Positions 39,363 to 49,719 of a stretch of DNA of 64,000 nt are shown here, piece by piece. Position numbers and translations under genes: made by a program. A model generated the notes under the pieces. It did no database searches. It saw nothing but the letters and a program-made list of their open reading frames with translations, and was not told where the DNA came from. The stretch spans positions 28,458-92,457 of the forward strand of contig CAYJED010000003.1 of assembly GCA_964369115.1 (NCBI GenBank), given 5' to 3'. The first letter of the stretch is position 1. Every line of letters begins with the position of its first letter. This DNA comes from an uncultured Candidatus Saccharibacteria bacterium. Lineage in GTDB: Bacteria > Patescibacteriota > Minisyncoccia > Phycocordibacterales > UBA5272.

Positions 39363-40166
39363 ATGTCGCTTCGACCAAAAAAATCTCTCGGGCAAAATTT
39401 CCTCACTTCTATTCCTGCACGTCTTGCAATTATTAAAGCAGGGGAAGTTACTCCTCTAGATTTTGTTTTAGAAATTGGACCAGGAAAAGGCTTTCTTACT
39501 GAAGAGCTTCTTAAGAGTGGTGCAACTGTAGTTGCTCTTGAAAAAGACAGAGAGCTTATTCCGTATCTCACAGAAAAATTTACTTCTTACATACAGGAAG
39601 GGAGGTGTATTCTTCTTGAAGGAGACGTTCTTCAATTTGACCCATCAGCAACCATTCTAAAAGAAAAGAACTATAAACTGATTGCAAATATTCCTTACTA
39701 TATTACCGGAGCCATTCTTTCGCGCTTTTTATCTGAAGTGAAGCAACCGTCTAAAATGGTTGTACTTGTGCAAAAAGAAGTTGCTGTTCGTGTATGTGCA
39801 CAAGATAAAAAAGAATCTCTTCTTTCTCTTTCTGTGAAAGCGTATGGCTCACCTCTACTTTCATACAAGGTAAACAAAGGAAGTTTTCATCCTATTCCAA
39901 AAGTAGACTCTGCTGTACTTTCTATTTCTTCTATCTCAAGAAATCACTTTATTTCAAAAAAACACGAAGAGGTGTTTTTTGAGCTCATTCATTTAGGATT
40001 TGCGCACAAAAGAAAAATGATGTTTTCAAATATGAAAGAGAAATACAGTGCAACCATTCTCGAAAAAAAATTTACTGAATGTAATCTCCCTCTTTCTGTG
40101 CGAGCGGAAGACGTTCCACTTAACTCCTGGTTTCTTCTTTCACAAAAAATAGCGGACGCAGTTTAG
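39363..40166 (+). CDS. rsmA: 16S rRNA (adenine1518/1519-N6)-dimethyltransferase
   Basis: KSLGQNFL hallmark, SAM-binding VLEIGPGKG; 267 aa. Confidence 0.9.
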   Translation: MSLRPKKSLGQNFLTSIPARLAIIKAGEVTPLDFVLEIGPGKGFLTEELLKSGATVVALEKDRELIPYLTEKFTSYIQEGRCILLEGDVLQFDPSATILKEKNYKLIANIPYYITGAILSRFLSEVKQPSKMVVLVQKEVAVRVCAQDKKESLLSLSVKAYGSPLLSYKVNKGSFHPIPKVDSAVLSISSISRNHFISKKHEEVFFELIHLGFAHKRKMMFSNMKEKYSATILEKKFTECNLPLSVRAEDVPLNSWFLLSQKIADAV

Positions 40167-40173
40167 TTACCTG

Positions 40174-41163
40174 TTGATAAAAAAGAGGGTAAATAAAAGA
40201 GACTTCACATATACTGAAGGGTATATGGATGAAGAAAATAAAAAACCTCTTGGAAGGGTGGCTCTCGTTGGGGCTTTGTTTTTAAGCTTACTCCTTCTCA
40301 CTGCTTTTATACCAGCACGATGGGTAGGTTTAGAGCCTAAGGTTTCTGGCTATACACCAATCGATTTTAGTAGCATAAAACCAGCAGAAGAAGTTCTAAA
40401 AGAATCTGATAGAGATAATAACGGTACAGTAACCTGGAGAGAGCTTTTTGAAGCAAACCTTCCAGAAGGGGAGACGCTTCAACTTGAGGCTACAACCCCT
40501 GATCCAAAAATACAAAAAGCTCTTGATGACCCAAACAACTTAACGACCTCTTTCGCTAAAAACTTAATAGTAAGTTCAACCTACATAAAAAATAATAATA
40601 TTACTGACCCAGCGGCTCAGGAGGTTATTTTTAACGGAATTACCCAAGAAGAACTTAATAAGACGGCTTCTAAAAAATATACACTTGGCGACATTAAGGT
40701 TGCGAAAAAAGAAAGCAAAGAATCTATTCGCGTTTATGGCAATCAGATGGCAGTCATTCTTAAAAATATCATTACTGTAAAAGATCTTGAAACCGACCTC
40801 CCTGGTGTTATAGATTACTTAAACACTAAAAATGAAAAAAGTGTCGACCCTATAAAAAAGACTGCAACCTACATGGAAAACGTTGTAGGAAAACTTCTTT
40901 TGGTGGAAGTTCCTCCGTCTGCCGCTTTATATCATATCTCAGTACTTAACCAGGCGGTGGTGTATAGGGATGTAGTGAGCAATATTTCAAAAATCATTGA
41001 TGACCCTGTGCGAGCTTCTATAAGCGTAGAGAAGTACCCGAAAACAAGTCTTGATACACTTCGCATTTTTATTACACTCAAAAACTACTTTTCGGTTCAA
41101 AAAATCACCTTCACTTCAAGTGAAGCAGGGTATGTCTTTATTACTGGCTATACTCTAAAATAA
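40174..41163 (+). CDS. membrane-anchored protein, first gene of T4SS-like cluster, hypothetical
   Basis: N-terminal TM (VALVGALFLSLLLLTAFIPA); 329 aa. Confidence 0.45.
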   Translation: MIKKRVNKRDFTYTEGYMDEENKKPLGRVALVGALFLSLLLLTAFIPARWVGLEPKVSGYTPIDFSSIKPAEEVLKESDRDNNGTVTWRELFEANLPEGETLQLEATTPDPKIQKALDDPNNLTTSFAKNLIVSSTYIKNNNITDPAAQEVIFNGITQEELNKTASKKYTLGDIKVAKKESKESIRVYGNQMAVILKNIITVKDLETDLPGVIDYLNTKNEKSVDPIKKTATYMENVVGKLLLVEVPPSAALYHISVLNQAVVYRDVVSNISKIIDDPVRASISVEKYPKTSLDTLRIFITLKNYFSVQKITFTSSEAGYVFITGYTLK

Positions 41164-41167
41164 TAGT

Positions 41168-42964
41168 ATGAAAAAAACCTTTATCGCTTTATCACTTTTT
41201 ACTCTCCTCTTTAGCGGATCAGCAAAGCCTTCCCATGCACTTTTTGGGGTAGGGGATATTGTTTTTGACCCAGCATCTCTCGGTCAGTCACTTATTGATT
41301 ACGTTATACAAGGTTATCAATATGTTGAAGATGCTGCGACAAAAAAATCCACTTTTATAAATACCGCAACTGAAGTGGCAGAAAAAGTAGACACCGTAAT
41401 GAAAGACGTTCAAACTGCTGCAACTATGGCCTCAATAATAAGCTCAAGCCGGGCAGTGGGAAATTTAATTCTTGGCGATCTTGGTGTGGACCCGCTCTTA
41501 GTGCGTAAACCAGAGCAATATCTTGAAAATGAAGGCAAAAAAGTGCTTCGAGGTGTTATAGAGGACCCAGAAATACAAGCAACGCTTTATGATGTAAGTG
41601 TTATGCGTTCACTCATAGGTCAAGCAAGATATGATGCACAAAATCTTAACACCAAAATAAAACAAATCAACACTTCTGATATTGAAGCAATTGTGCAACA
41701 AAGCTACTGTACAGACGAAGCACTTTCTGCTCAAGCAAGAAAAGATGTAGCAGCAAGCGGAAATACTTCTGAAGAAGCTTACAATGATCGCAAGCGAGCA
41801 CTTAACCAAGCTCTTTGTGTAGGAGATGCAAAAAGCGATCCGCAAACAAAAGCAAACCTCCGTGAATGGAATAGACAAAATCCGACATGGGACAGTTTTC
41901 TAGCTACTACGGGCGGAGATAATGGTTGGACAAAGCAGCAGCTTACTGAACAAGCTATTGCTGAACGTCAAAAAGCTGTACAAGATGCGAAAAAAGCAGA
42001 CTTAGCTCAAGGAGGAGGAATAAAGAGCGAGGTTGAGTGTCTTGAGTATGTTGTTCCGGGAAACAAAGCAACCGGATGTAAAAAAGGGAAGGAGCGTATT
42101 AGAAAAACATCTTCAGCTCTTGAACAGCGTTACCAAGACGCACTCTCAGGTCCTCTTAAGGCACAGTTAGCAAGTTTTGGTAATGCGGCAGGAGGTCTTT
42201 TATCAAGAGTTGCGTCAATAGCAGGGAGCGCTTACACAACTAAATCTCTTCTTGAGAATATGAGCGGAAATTTTGGTGGAGGGAGACCAGAAGAAGGAGA
42301 TGATACGTTTGGGGAAGGAGGGGTTACTAATGTAGCTCAAACAGTTTCTTATCGTAGCGACTTAGCTTCTAGTCAAGACCTTAAGAGAGCTATCACATCG
42401 GCTCCGATGGAACAGATTTCTAGTCATAAATCTTCGCTACAAAAACTAGCAACGATTAATAATTCGTACATTTTGAGTGTTAACCAAGAGAAATCATCTC
42501 TTGATAACATGCAAGCATGTTATGGGAACTTAATTGCTACGGAGCCAATGCTAGCAGATGACAATAGAGTACAAAGTGCAAATGAATTTTATGGTAACAA
42601 GATTGGAGAAAATAGAGACTTGTACGAAAACCTTATGGGTGAAAAAGAAAAGGTGGCTACTGGTATTCAAATACTTTCTGAAACAGAAAGAAAGATAGAA
42701 TCCTCGCAATCCTCCGAAGAGATTGTTTCCGACTTCAACAAATATAATGAAAATTTCTCTAAGGAAAATATTCCCGGTATGGCTGCACACATACAAAAGG
42801 AAGCAGACTATACTTTGTTTAAACAGGATCTCGAAACTTCACTTAGAGAAAACGGTGAAATATGGACATATAACAATACCTGTTCTCAGATTCGCCAAGA
42901 GCAAGCATCTAGAAATGGAAATCCTTGGAACAATGGCGGTGACGGAGATGGGGGAGGTATCTAA
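41168..42964 (+). CDS. secreted protein, hypothetical (T4SS-associated)
   Basis: Signal peptide MKKTFIALSLFTLLFSGSAKPSHA; 598 aa; Gly-rich C-terminus. Confidence 0.5.
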   Translation: MKKTFIALSLFTLLFSGSAKPSHALFGVGDIVFDPASLGQSLIDYVIQGYQYVEDAATKKSTFINTATEVAEKVDTVMKDVQTAATMASIISSSRAVGNLILGDLGVDPLLVRKPEQYLENEGKKVLRGVIEDPEIQATLYDVSVMRSLIGQARYDAQNLNTKIKQINTSDIEAIVQQSYCTDEALSAQARKDVAASGNTSEEAYNDRKRALNQALCVGDAKSDPQTKANLREWNRQNPTWDSFLATTGGDNGWTKQQLTEQAIAERQKAVQDAKKADLAQGGGIKSEVECLEYVVPGNKATGCKKGKERIRKTSSALEQRYQDALSGPLKAQLASFGNAAGGLLSRVASIAGSAYTTKSLLENMSGNFGGGRPEEGDDTFGEGGVTNVAQTVSYRSDLASSQDLKRAITSAPMEQISSHKSSLQKLATINNSYILSVNQEKSSLDNMQACYGNLIATEPMLADDNRVQSANEFYGNKIGENRDLYENLMGEKEKVATGIQILSETERKIESSQSSEEIVSDFNKYNENFSKENIPGMAAHIQKEADYTLFKQDLETSLRENGEIWTYNNTCSQIRQEQASRNGNPWNNGGDGDGGGI

Positions 42965-43057
42965 TAGATATGAGCTGACAAAAACTCTGCAAAATGCAGA
43001 GTTTTTACTTTTTAACAAACACACACCTAAAAAGAACCTTATGGTACACTAGAAACT

Positions 43058-45910
43058 ATGAAAAAACTCCGTGCCTTGTTTCAAAGCATAATTTTTCTGT
43101 TTGTTTTGTCTTTGTTTTTACCCACTGTTTTTGTTAATGCTCAAAGCCCTGAGGAACCAACAACAGTAACACAAACAAGCTCAAATGACTCTGATTATCA
43201 AGCATATCAAAGCAGAACCGTTGTTCTCTTTAACACTGCAAGAGATGGAATAAACAACTTAATTACAACAACAAGAAACTTACCCATTTCTCAACAAGAG
43301 AAAGATACCGCCATATCAGCATATAACAGTTACCTAGCTGTTATAGGCACAGCCTCAAGAACTTACACATCTCAGATAGGTGGATATATTGGATCTTCAA
43401 CACTACCACCACAAGGACAAAGACTAGCTCTTGATGAAGCCTTGCGAATTCTTGCGCAGGGAAAAGGTTCTCTGCCACAAAATACTAATGCGCTTAATAT
43501 TTATAACTCATTAGAGTCAGCCCTCCAGACTGCAAAAACCTCAGCAGCTCAGTTTGCTGCAGGATCAAGCGGTGGGGACGCTCTTACAAATGCAGCAAAC
43601 GACCAAATAGCAGGCGCTGCTTCTGCTGCCAAAAAAAACATAACGAAAGGTATCTGTTCTATTGGTGTTTTGTCTGACATGAACCTTGGTGCTTGTGTGT
43701 CTGAATTCTTTTCTTGGGTAATTAAAAATACCTTAATGGAGCTTGCTGGGTGGTTTTTTTGGGCTTCAGCAAATCTTTTTAATTTTGCAATGAGTGTTGC
43801 TGTTCTTGATTTTAAGTCGTGGGCACCAGACGCTCTTTATCCGCTTTGGATTGTTATACGACAAATTGTATCTCTACTCATTGTTTTTGCGGGTCTTTAT
43901 CTTGGGTTTATGTACATCTTAGGAAGGGAAGATAAGTTTGAAAAGTATATTCCTTGGGTGGTAATTTTTGCTCTTTTTGTAAACTTCTCTTACCCTCTTG
44001 TAAGAACCGCAGTAGATATTTCAAATATTGTTTCACTTAAACTGTACTCGGTTGCTGTTGGACCGGAAGCTTTAAGTGGAGGTCTCACAGGGTTACAAAC
44101 TCCTGGCGGAAGAATACTAAAACACTTAGGTCTACAAGACTTGGCAGCAAGCGCAACAGCAGAAGAAAGCGACAAAAATAATCTGAAGGGTATTAATACT
44201 ATTTCTGGGGCGCTTTTGGTTGTTGTGTTTTTAGGATACGCCGCATACATCTTCTTTGTTGCAACAGGAATTATTGTTATGAGAACTTTAGCTTTAGTTT
44301 TTCTCATCATCGCCTCACCAATTCTTTTTATAGATAGTGTGATACCAATGCTTGGTGACCAGGCGATGAGGCTACGTAAAATATTTTTTGAACAACTTGC
44401 AGTTGCTCCCATTTTTACCATCATGCTAGCGATTACCCTTAACTTTCTTTCTATTTTTAGTACATCAACCATTACCAGCAATCCTTCTGGTGGAGACGCA
44501 ACAATCACAACCATCTTTACTATGGTGATCATGCTTGGGTTGCTACACCTAACACTTACGGTAACAAAAGAGGTTGCTGGAAAAGTGGGTAATTTTGCAG
44601 GAGAAGCTCTTGGTAAGGTGGGGGGATTTGCAGGAGGTGTTCCTCTTGGTGCAGCTACAGGTGGTGTCGGACTTCTCGCACGTAAAAGTATTGGGGGGCT
44701 TGCAGTGAAAGCTCGCGACAGTGCATGGGTACAAAAAAATCAAGATACTGCTGGAGGCAGGTTTGCACACAGTATAAGCAACTCTCTTGCAAAGAGCTCT
44801 TTTGATTTAAGAAATACTTCTGTTGCGCAGAGAGGGGCATCTAAGCTCGGTATTAATATGGGAATGGGGTCAAAGATGAACTATGAGGATATGCAAAAGG
44901 CTAAACTTCAAAAAGCTCGTGAGGTTGGTGAAAGAATAAAATTAAGACATGAACGAGACATCATCAAAGATGGAAAACTTGTTGCGAGAGCAGGAGATCT
45001 TAACGAAGAAATGGTTGAAGCTAAGCGACGTTATGACGAAAGAAACGGTGGAGCCCTTTTCTTAACCAAGGGTGACAAACAAGCTTTTGCTGCTCAATAT
45101 GCCGACACAACAGGTGGTGAGCTCGTAGCAAAATATAAAAGTACACCAAAAGGAGAGAGGGGTCTTTTTTCTGATCAGCTTAAAAAAGAATTTGAGGAAC
45201 TTAAGAAGACCGATCCTCAACTTAAAAGTAACAGAGGGCAGGCGTTTGCTCGTGCTGTGTATGATATAGAAAAAGAGGAAACAGCAACAAAGAAGGCTCT
45301 TGATGAGGAATTTGAGAAAGTGTCAGGAGAAATAAATGACATGACAGCAGATAAAAAACAAAATTATTATGCACGTCAAAGTGAAGAAATAAAAAAGCTT
45401 TTAAGGGTAAATAACATTTACACACCCTCTTCCACATCAATACCAACCGCAGCACAAACTGTCGCTCAAAATAAGCCAACCCCGCCTGCCGCAGGACCCC
45501 CTACAGCAACAACGGCTCCTGTCGCGGCAATAAACACCCCACCATCAACAGCAGCACAAGACTGGTCGCAGTATGATACTCCAACGTACCAAAGAAAACA
45601 AAAAGAAGGGGGTGCACCGACTCAACAAACAATATCAAGCAGCGCAGATGAATCTGCTCCACAAGGAGGAAAACCAGGATTTCTTAAAACCGCTGAAGAA
45701 AAAATCCAAGAGCGTGAAGAAAACAAACAAGTAGCAACTTCTGGATCAGCTGAATTTGGCGATTTCGCAAAGAGAAGAGAAGCGGCTGCCCAAGCTGTGC
45801 AAAAAAACATGGCAAATAATGCTGCTGAAGCTTCTGCTCAGCAAATCGCAAATGACGCCATTAAAAATGCTCAGGAAGACTCCAAAAAAACCCAAGAAAC
45901 TGCTTCTTAA
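43058..45910 (+). CDS. large polytopic membrane protein, VirB6/TrbL-like candidate
   Basis: Signal peptide, then 6+ hydrophobic helices between aa ~200-520, Pro/Ala-rich and coiled-coil C-terminal tail; 950 aa. Confidence 0.5.
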   Translation: MKKLRALFQSIIFLFVLSLFLPTVFVNAQSPEEPTTVTQTSSNDSDYQAYQSRTVVLFNTARDGINNLITTTRNLPISQQEKDTAISAYNSYLAVIGTASRTYTSQIGGYIGSSTLPPQGQRLALDEALRILAQGKGSLPQNTNALNIYNSLESALQTAKTSAAQFAAGSSGGDALTNAANDQIAGAASAAKKNITKGICSIGVLSDMNLGACVSEFFSWVIKNTLMELAGWFFWASANLFNFAMSVAVLDFKSWAPDALYPLWIVIRQIVSLLIVFAGLYLGFMYILGREDKFEKYIPWVVIFALFVNFSYPLVRTAVDISNIVSLKLYSVAVGPEALSGGLTGLQTPGGRILKHLGLQDLAASATAEESDKNNLKGINTISGALLVVVFLGYAAYIFFVATGIIVMRTLALVFLIIASPILFIDSVIPMLGDQAMRLRKIFFEQLAVAPIFTIMLAITLNFLSIFSTSTITSNPSGGDATITTIFTMVIMLGLLHLTLTVTKEVAGKVGNFAGEALGKVGGFAGGVPLGAATGGVGLLARKSIGGLAVKARDSAWVQKNQDTAGGRFAHSISNSLAKSSFDLRNTSVAQRGASKLGINMGMGSKMNYEDMQKAKLQKAREVGERIKLRHERDIIKDGKLVARAGDLNEEMVEAKRRYDERNGGALFLTKGDKQAFAAQYADTTGGELVAKYKSTPKGERGLFSDQLKKEFEELKKTDPQLKSNRGQAFARAVYDIEKEETATKKALDEEFEKVSGEINDMTADKKQNYYARQSEEIKKLLRVNNIYTPSSTSIPTAAQTVAQNKPTPPAAGPPTATTAPVAAINTPPSTAAQDWSQYDTPTYQRKQKEGGAPTQQTISSSADESAPQGGKPGFLKTAEEKIQEREENKQVATSGSAEFGDFAKRREAAAQAVQKNMANNAAEASAQQIANDAIKNAQEDSKKTQETAS

Positions 45911-45943
45911 GAAAGCGTCCACCGCTTATACTATAATCATTAC

Positions 45944-46693
45944 ATGTATCCTTCATATATCGCAGAAAATAGAGGGGAGTTATTCGATCAGGTATCTGAC
46001 TACGTACAGGGGTTAATTCTTGATGGCGAATTAAATCAAACAACTCTTGTTCTTGCTGAAAAATATAAAATACCTGTTGGAAAATATGTTCCACTTTCTG
46101 AACTTATTTCTTTTATTTTAATCGGGGCGTTACAGCCCGACGATGTCCTTCAGGCACTTGAAGATATGGTGGGGGTAGACAATGCAACCGCTCTTCATGT
46201 TGCGGAAGACTTAGAGCATTCAATCTTAGAAAAAGCTCGTATGAGCTTGTTTAAAAAGGGGGATCCAACCAAAGTTGCAAAACTTGAATTTCAAGGAACA
46301 CGATCAAAGGAAGAACTTCGAAAAGAAATTCTCGATACAACAAAACGTGAGTCAGCTCTTGTGAAAAATCCTGTTGCTGCTAGCGCCCAAGGTATCAAAA
46401 AAACATCCGTCTTAAACCCTGGATCTCGTTCACAACTAATGGAACAGCTACAAATTCTAAGTACAATACCAGATGATGAAGAGATAATAGCAAGACTTGC
46501 TCATATTCAGGAGCAAATTAATAGTATTAAAAAACAAGAAGAAGATAATAGTCTTAAGTCAAATATTGCTCTTAAAAGCTTTATGTTCGGAGAAAAAGGG
46601 CAGGAGGTAGCTGAAACAAAAACTCGCCCCGCAACATATAGTATTGCCCCAAAAGAGTATAATGTTGACCCTTATAAAGAAATAGTGGGGTAA
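45944..46693 (+). CDS. hypothetical protein (T4SS cluster)
   Basis: 249 aa, soluble. Confidence 0.45.
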   Translation: MYPSYIAENRGELFDQVSDYVQGLILDGELNQTTLVLAEKYKIPVGKYVPLSELISFILIGALQPDDVLQALEDMVGVDNATALHVAEDLEHSILEKARMSLFKKGDPTKVAKLEFQGTRSKEELRKEILDTTKRESALVKNPVAASAQGIKKTSVLNPGSRSQLMEQLQILSTIPDDEEIIARLAHIQEQINSIKKQEEDNSLKSNIALKSFMFGEKGQEVAETKTRPATYSIAPKEYNVDPYKEIVG

Positions 46694-46734
46694 GTTTGTA
46701 CTCTTTACTTCTTTTCTTTTGATATACTAAGACT

Positions 46735-47172
46735 ATGCAGTTTAGAGTACCTCAATTTATTGATATTGAAGATAAAGTTTTTGGCCCTTTTACCTTAAAG
46801 CAATTTGGGTATATTGTGGGTGCGGGGGGTATTTCTTTTCTTATCTGGACACTTATTCCTATTAAATTTATTGCTATTTTAATTATAGTTCCTATTGCAG
46901 GCCTTTTTCTTGCTCTTGCTTTTGTTAAGTACAACAACAGATCTTTTGGTGAAATTCTTGAAAGCGCTTTTACTTACTACACAAATACTCGTATCTATAC
47001 ATGGAAACAACCGGAACTAAAAAAAGACGAGTCTTCTGTTGATCAAATTGTAGCAAATACACAAAAAGATATTATTATCGCAAAAACAAATAGTAATAAA
47101 ATTCACGACCTTGCTCTTGGTCTTGATGTTTTTGATAGGTCAACAGAGATCAATAAAGAAGACGATAAATAG
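46735..47172 (+). CDS. small two-TM membrane protein, VirB3-like candidate
   Basis: Two adjacent hydrophobic helices (GAGGISFLIWTLIPIKFIAILIIVPIAGLFLALAFV), positioned just upstream of the VirB4-like gene. Confidence 0.4.
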   Translation: MQFRVPQFIDIEDKVFGPFTLKQFGYIVGAGGISFLIWTLIPIKFIAILIIVPIAGLFLALAFVKYNNRSFGEILESAFTYYTNTRIYTWKQPELKKDESSVDQIVANTQKDIIIAKTNSNKIHDLALGLDVFDRSTEINKEDDK

Positions 47173-47237
47173 TATCAAAGTATTCGTGTGTAAAAAATAA
47201 AAACGATAACCTCTTTATAAGGTATACTCATCTTTAT

Positions 47238-47873
47238 ATGGCAACAAAAGGAGTAGCAACACAGGAGTTTGTACCGATTGAGAGAGTTCGTGACGGTATT
47301 ATCATTTTAAAGACAGGGGAACTTCGAACTATTCTTATTACAAACTCTCTCAATCTTGGACTTAAAAGTGAAGATGAGCAACAGGCTATTCTTTCACAGT
47401 TCCAAAACTTTCTTAACTCTCTTGATTTTCCTGTTGAGTTTTTTATTCAATCCAGACGCCTTAACATAGGACCATATATGGACATGCTTCAGGAAAGAAG
47501 TAAGCAGGTGAAAGAAGACCTTCTTAAAATTCAAATTCACGAATACATGGGATTCATTAAGCGCTTTACCGATGAGAGCAACATTATGACAAAGCACTTC
47601 TTTATAACCATTCCTTACTTTAATCAGAAAAAAGAGGAAATTAACACTTCTTCACTTCTCTCTTTTAGTAGTGACGGTAAAAGTAGAACAAAAGATGACA
47701 GCTTTGAAACCGCCCGCATACAACTTGAACAGCGAACAGCGACTGTTATGCAAGGAATCTCTCGTTTTGGGTTGCGTGCAGAACGACTTGGAACAGAAGA
47801 GGTGATTGAACTTTTTTATAAACTTTTTAATCCGAGCGAGGCTAATCGTGACACCCCAAAGGTTGGACAATAA
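47238..47873 (+). CDS. VirB4 N-terminal-domain-like protein (possibly a split-off or frameshifted 5' part of virB4)
   Basis: EFVPIERVRDGIIILKTGELRTILITNSLNLGLKSEDEQQAILSQFQNFLNSLDFPVEFFIQS resembles the N-termini of Gram-positive-type VirB4 ATPases; ends 11 nt before the next ORF, in a different frame. Confidence 0.45.
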   Translation: MATKGVATQEFVPIERVRDGIIILKTGELRTILITNSLNLGLKSEDEQQAILSQFQNFLNSLDFPVEFFIQSRRLNIGPYMDMLQERSKQVKEDLLKIQIHEYMGFIKRFTDESNIMTKHFFITIPYFNQKKEEINTSSLLSFSSDGKSRTKDDSFETARIQLEQRTATVMQGISRFGLRAERLGTEEVIELFYKLFNPSEANRDTPKVGQ

Positions 47874-47883
47874 CTATACACAT

Positions 47884-49719
47884 ATGGGACTTTTTGACTT
47901 TCTCAATAAAAATAAACCGGTAGAAACTACGACACCAAGCTCTCCTATTAGCCCTGTACTTCCAGAGCAAGTATATAAGATTGCAGAGATGCAACTAAAG
48001 GACATTATTGCCCCGAGTGCTCTTGAAATTCAACCTAAAGGAATTAATCTTGGGACAACTGTGGTTCGTTCTTTCTTTGTTATCTCTTATCCAAGATATC
48101 TTACCGACAACTGGCTTAGCCCCATTGTTAACCTTGATAAGGTGTTTGATGTTTCAATTCATGTAACACCACTTAACACAGGTGAAGTAATGAAAACCTT
48201 TCAACGTAAAGTTGCTGAGGTGCAAAGTCAAATCATGGTAAGAGAAGAGAAGGGGTTGGTGCGAGATCCTTCACTTGATGTTGCTTATCAAGATCTTGAA
48301 GATCTTCGTGATGGACTTACCCAGGCTCAAGAGAAAATGTTTGAGGTTGGTCTTTACATTACTATCTACGGGGAAACATCTGAGGAGGTTGATAAAACTG
48401 AAAATGAAATTAAAAATATTCTTGAAAGTAAGCTTGTTTATGTAAAGCCAGCACTGTTTCAGCAAGATGCGGGTTTTATCTCAACACTTCCTGTGGGAAC
48501 AGACTTGCTTCAGATTAAAAATAAAATTAATACCTCTCCACTTTCTTCATTTTTCCCGTTCGTTTCATTTGACCTTTCGTCTGATAAAGGAATTCTTTAT
48601 GGACTTAACCGTCACAATGGAAGCCTTATTCTTTTTGATCGTTTTTCTCTTGAAAACTACAATTCAATTGTTTTTGCAAAATCAGGTTCTGGTAAAAGTT
48701 ATATTACTAAGCTTGAAATTCTTCGTACTCTTATGTTTGATACGGAGGTTATTATTATTGACCCAGAACGAGAATATGAATTCCTTGCTGAATCGGTAGG
48801 GGGACGTTACTTCGATATCTCTCTTGTAAGTGATCACCACATTAATCCTTTCGATCTTCCTCACCCAACAGAAGACGAGTCACCATCTGAAGTGCTTCGA
48901 GCAAACATTGTTAATCTCGTTGGACTTTTCCGTGTAATGCTTGGTGGTCTTACTCCAGAGGAAGACGCCATTATTGACCAGGCAATTACTGAAACATATG
49001 CACTTAAAGATATTAACGGGGATACTGACTTTACACAGTTAGAGCCTCCACTTCTTTCTGATTTTGAAACTGTTCTTGCGGGAATTGACGGGTCAGAGAG
49101 CATTTTGCAACGTCTCTCAAAATACACAAAAGGAACATGGGCTGGTTTTATTAACCAACCTTCAAATGTTGATATCAATAAAAAACTTGTTTGTTTCTCT
49201 ATTCGTGACATGGAAGACGAACTTAAGCCTGTTGCAATGTATATTGTTACCCACTTTATCTGGAACGCTGTTCGTAAAAACCTAAAAAAGAGACTTCTTG
49301 TTGTTGATGAGGCGTGGATTATGATGAAAAATGATGACACAGCATCATTCTTGTTTGGTCTTGCAAAACGTGGACGTAAATACTACCTCGGACTTGCGAC
49401 TATTACCCAAGATGTTGGGGACTTCCTTAAGTCACCATACGGTCTCCCGATTATTACAAACTCTTCAATTCAAATACTTCTTAAACAGTCTCCGACGTCG
49501 ATTGACCTTGTTCAAAAAACATTTAATCTTACCAACGAAGAGAAGTTCTTACTTCTTGAATCAGGGGTAGGGGAAGGGATATTTTTTGCAGGACTAAAGC
49601 ATGTTGCTATCAAAGTAGTTGCTTCGTATACAGAAGATCAAATTATTACAAGTGATCCGTCTCAGCTTCTAAAAATTGAAGAAATGAAAAAAGAAGTTGC
49701 TGAATCAAAAGCCGTATGA
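47884..49719 (+). CDS. virB4: type IV secretion system ATPase VirB4/TrbE/TraC-like
   Basis: Conserved N-region IIAPSALEI...GTTVVRSFFVISYPRYL..WLSPI, Walker A AKSGSGKSY, Walker B LLVVDEAWIMM (DEAW hallmark); contains protospacer 49077..49108. Confidence 0.8.
   Translation: MGLFDFLNKNKPVETTTPSSPISPVLPEQVYKIAEMQLKDIIAPSALEIQPKGINLGTTVVRSFFVISYPRYLTDNWLSPIVNLDKVFDVSIHVTPLNTGEVMKTFQRKVAEVQSQIMVREEKGLVRDPSLDVAYQDLEDLRDGLTQAQEKMFEVGLYITIYGETSEEVDKTENEIKNILESKLVYVKPALFQQDAGFISTLPVGTDLLQIKNKINTSPLSSFFPFVSFDLSSDKGILYGLNRHNGSLILFDRFSLENYNSIVFAKSGSGKSYITKLEILRTLMFDTEVIIIDPEREYEFLAESVGGRYFDISLVSDHHINPFDLPHPTEDESPSEVLRANIVNLVGLFRVMLGGLTPEEDAIIDQAITETYALKDINGDTDFTQLEPPLLSDFETVLAGIDGSESILQRLSKYTKGTWAGFINQPSNVDINKKLVCFSIRDMEDELKPVAMYIVTHFIWNAVRKNLKKRLLVVDEAWIMMKNDDTASFLFGLAKRGRKYYLGLATITQDVGDFLKSPYGLPIITNSSIQILLKQSPTSIDLVQKTFNLTNEEKFLLLESGVGEGIFFAGLKHVAIKVVASYTEDQIITSDPSQLLKIEEMKKEVAESKAV

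Noticed and set aside
43990-44532. 180-aa minus-strand ORF inside the VirB6-like gene
   Set aside because: Antisense to a long, coherent membrane-protein ORF. No start signals.
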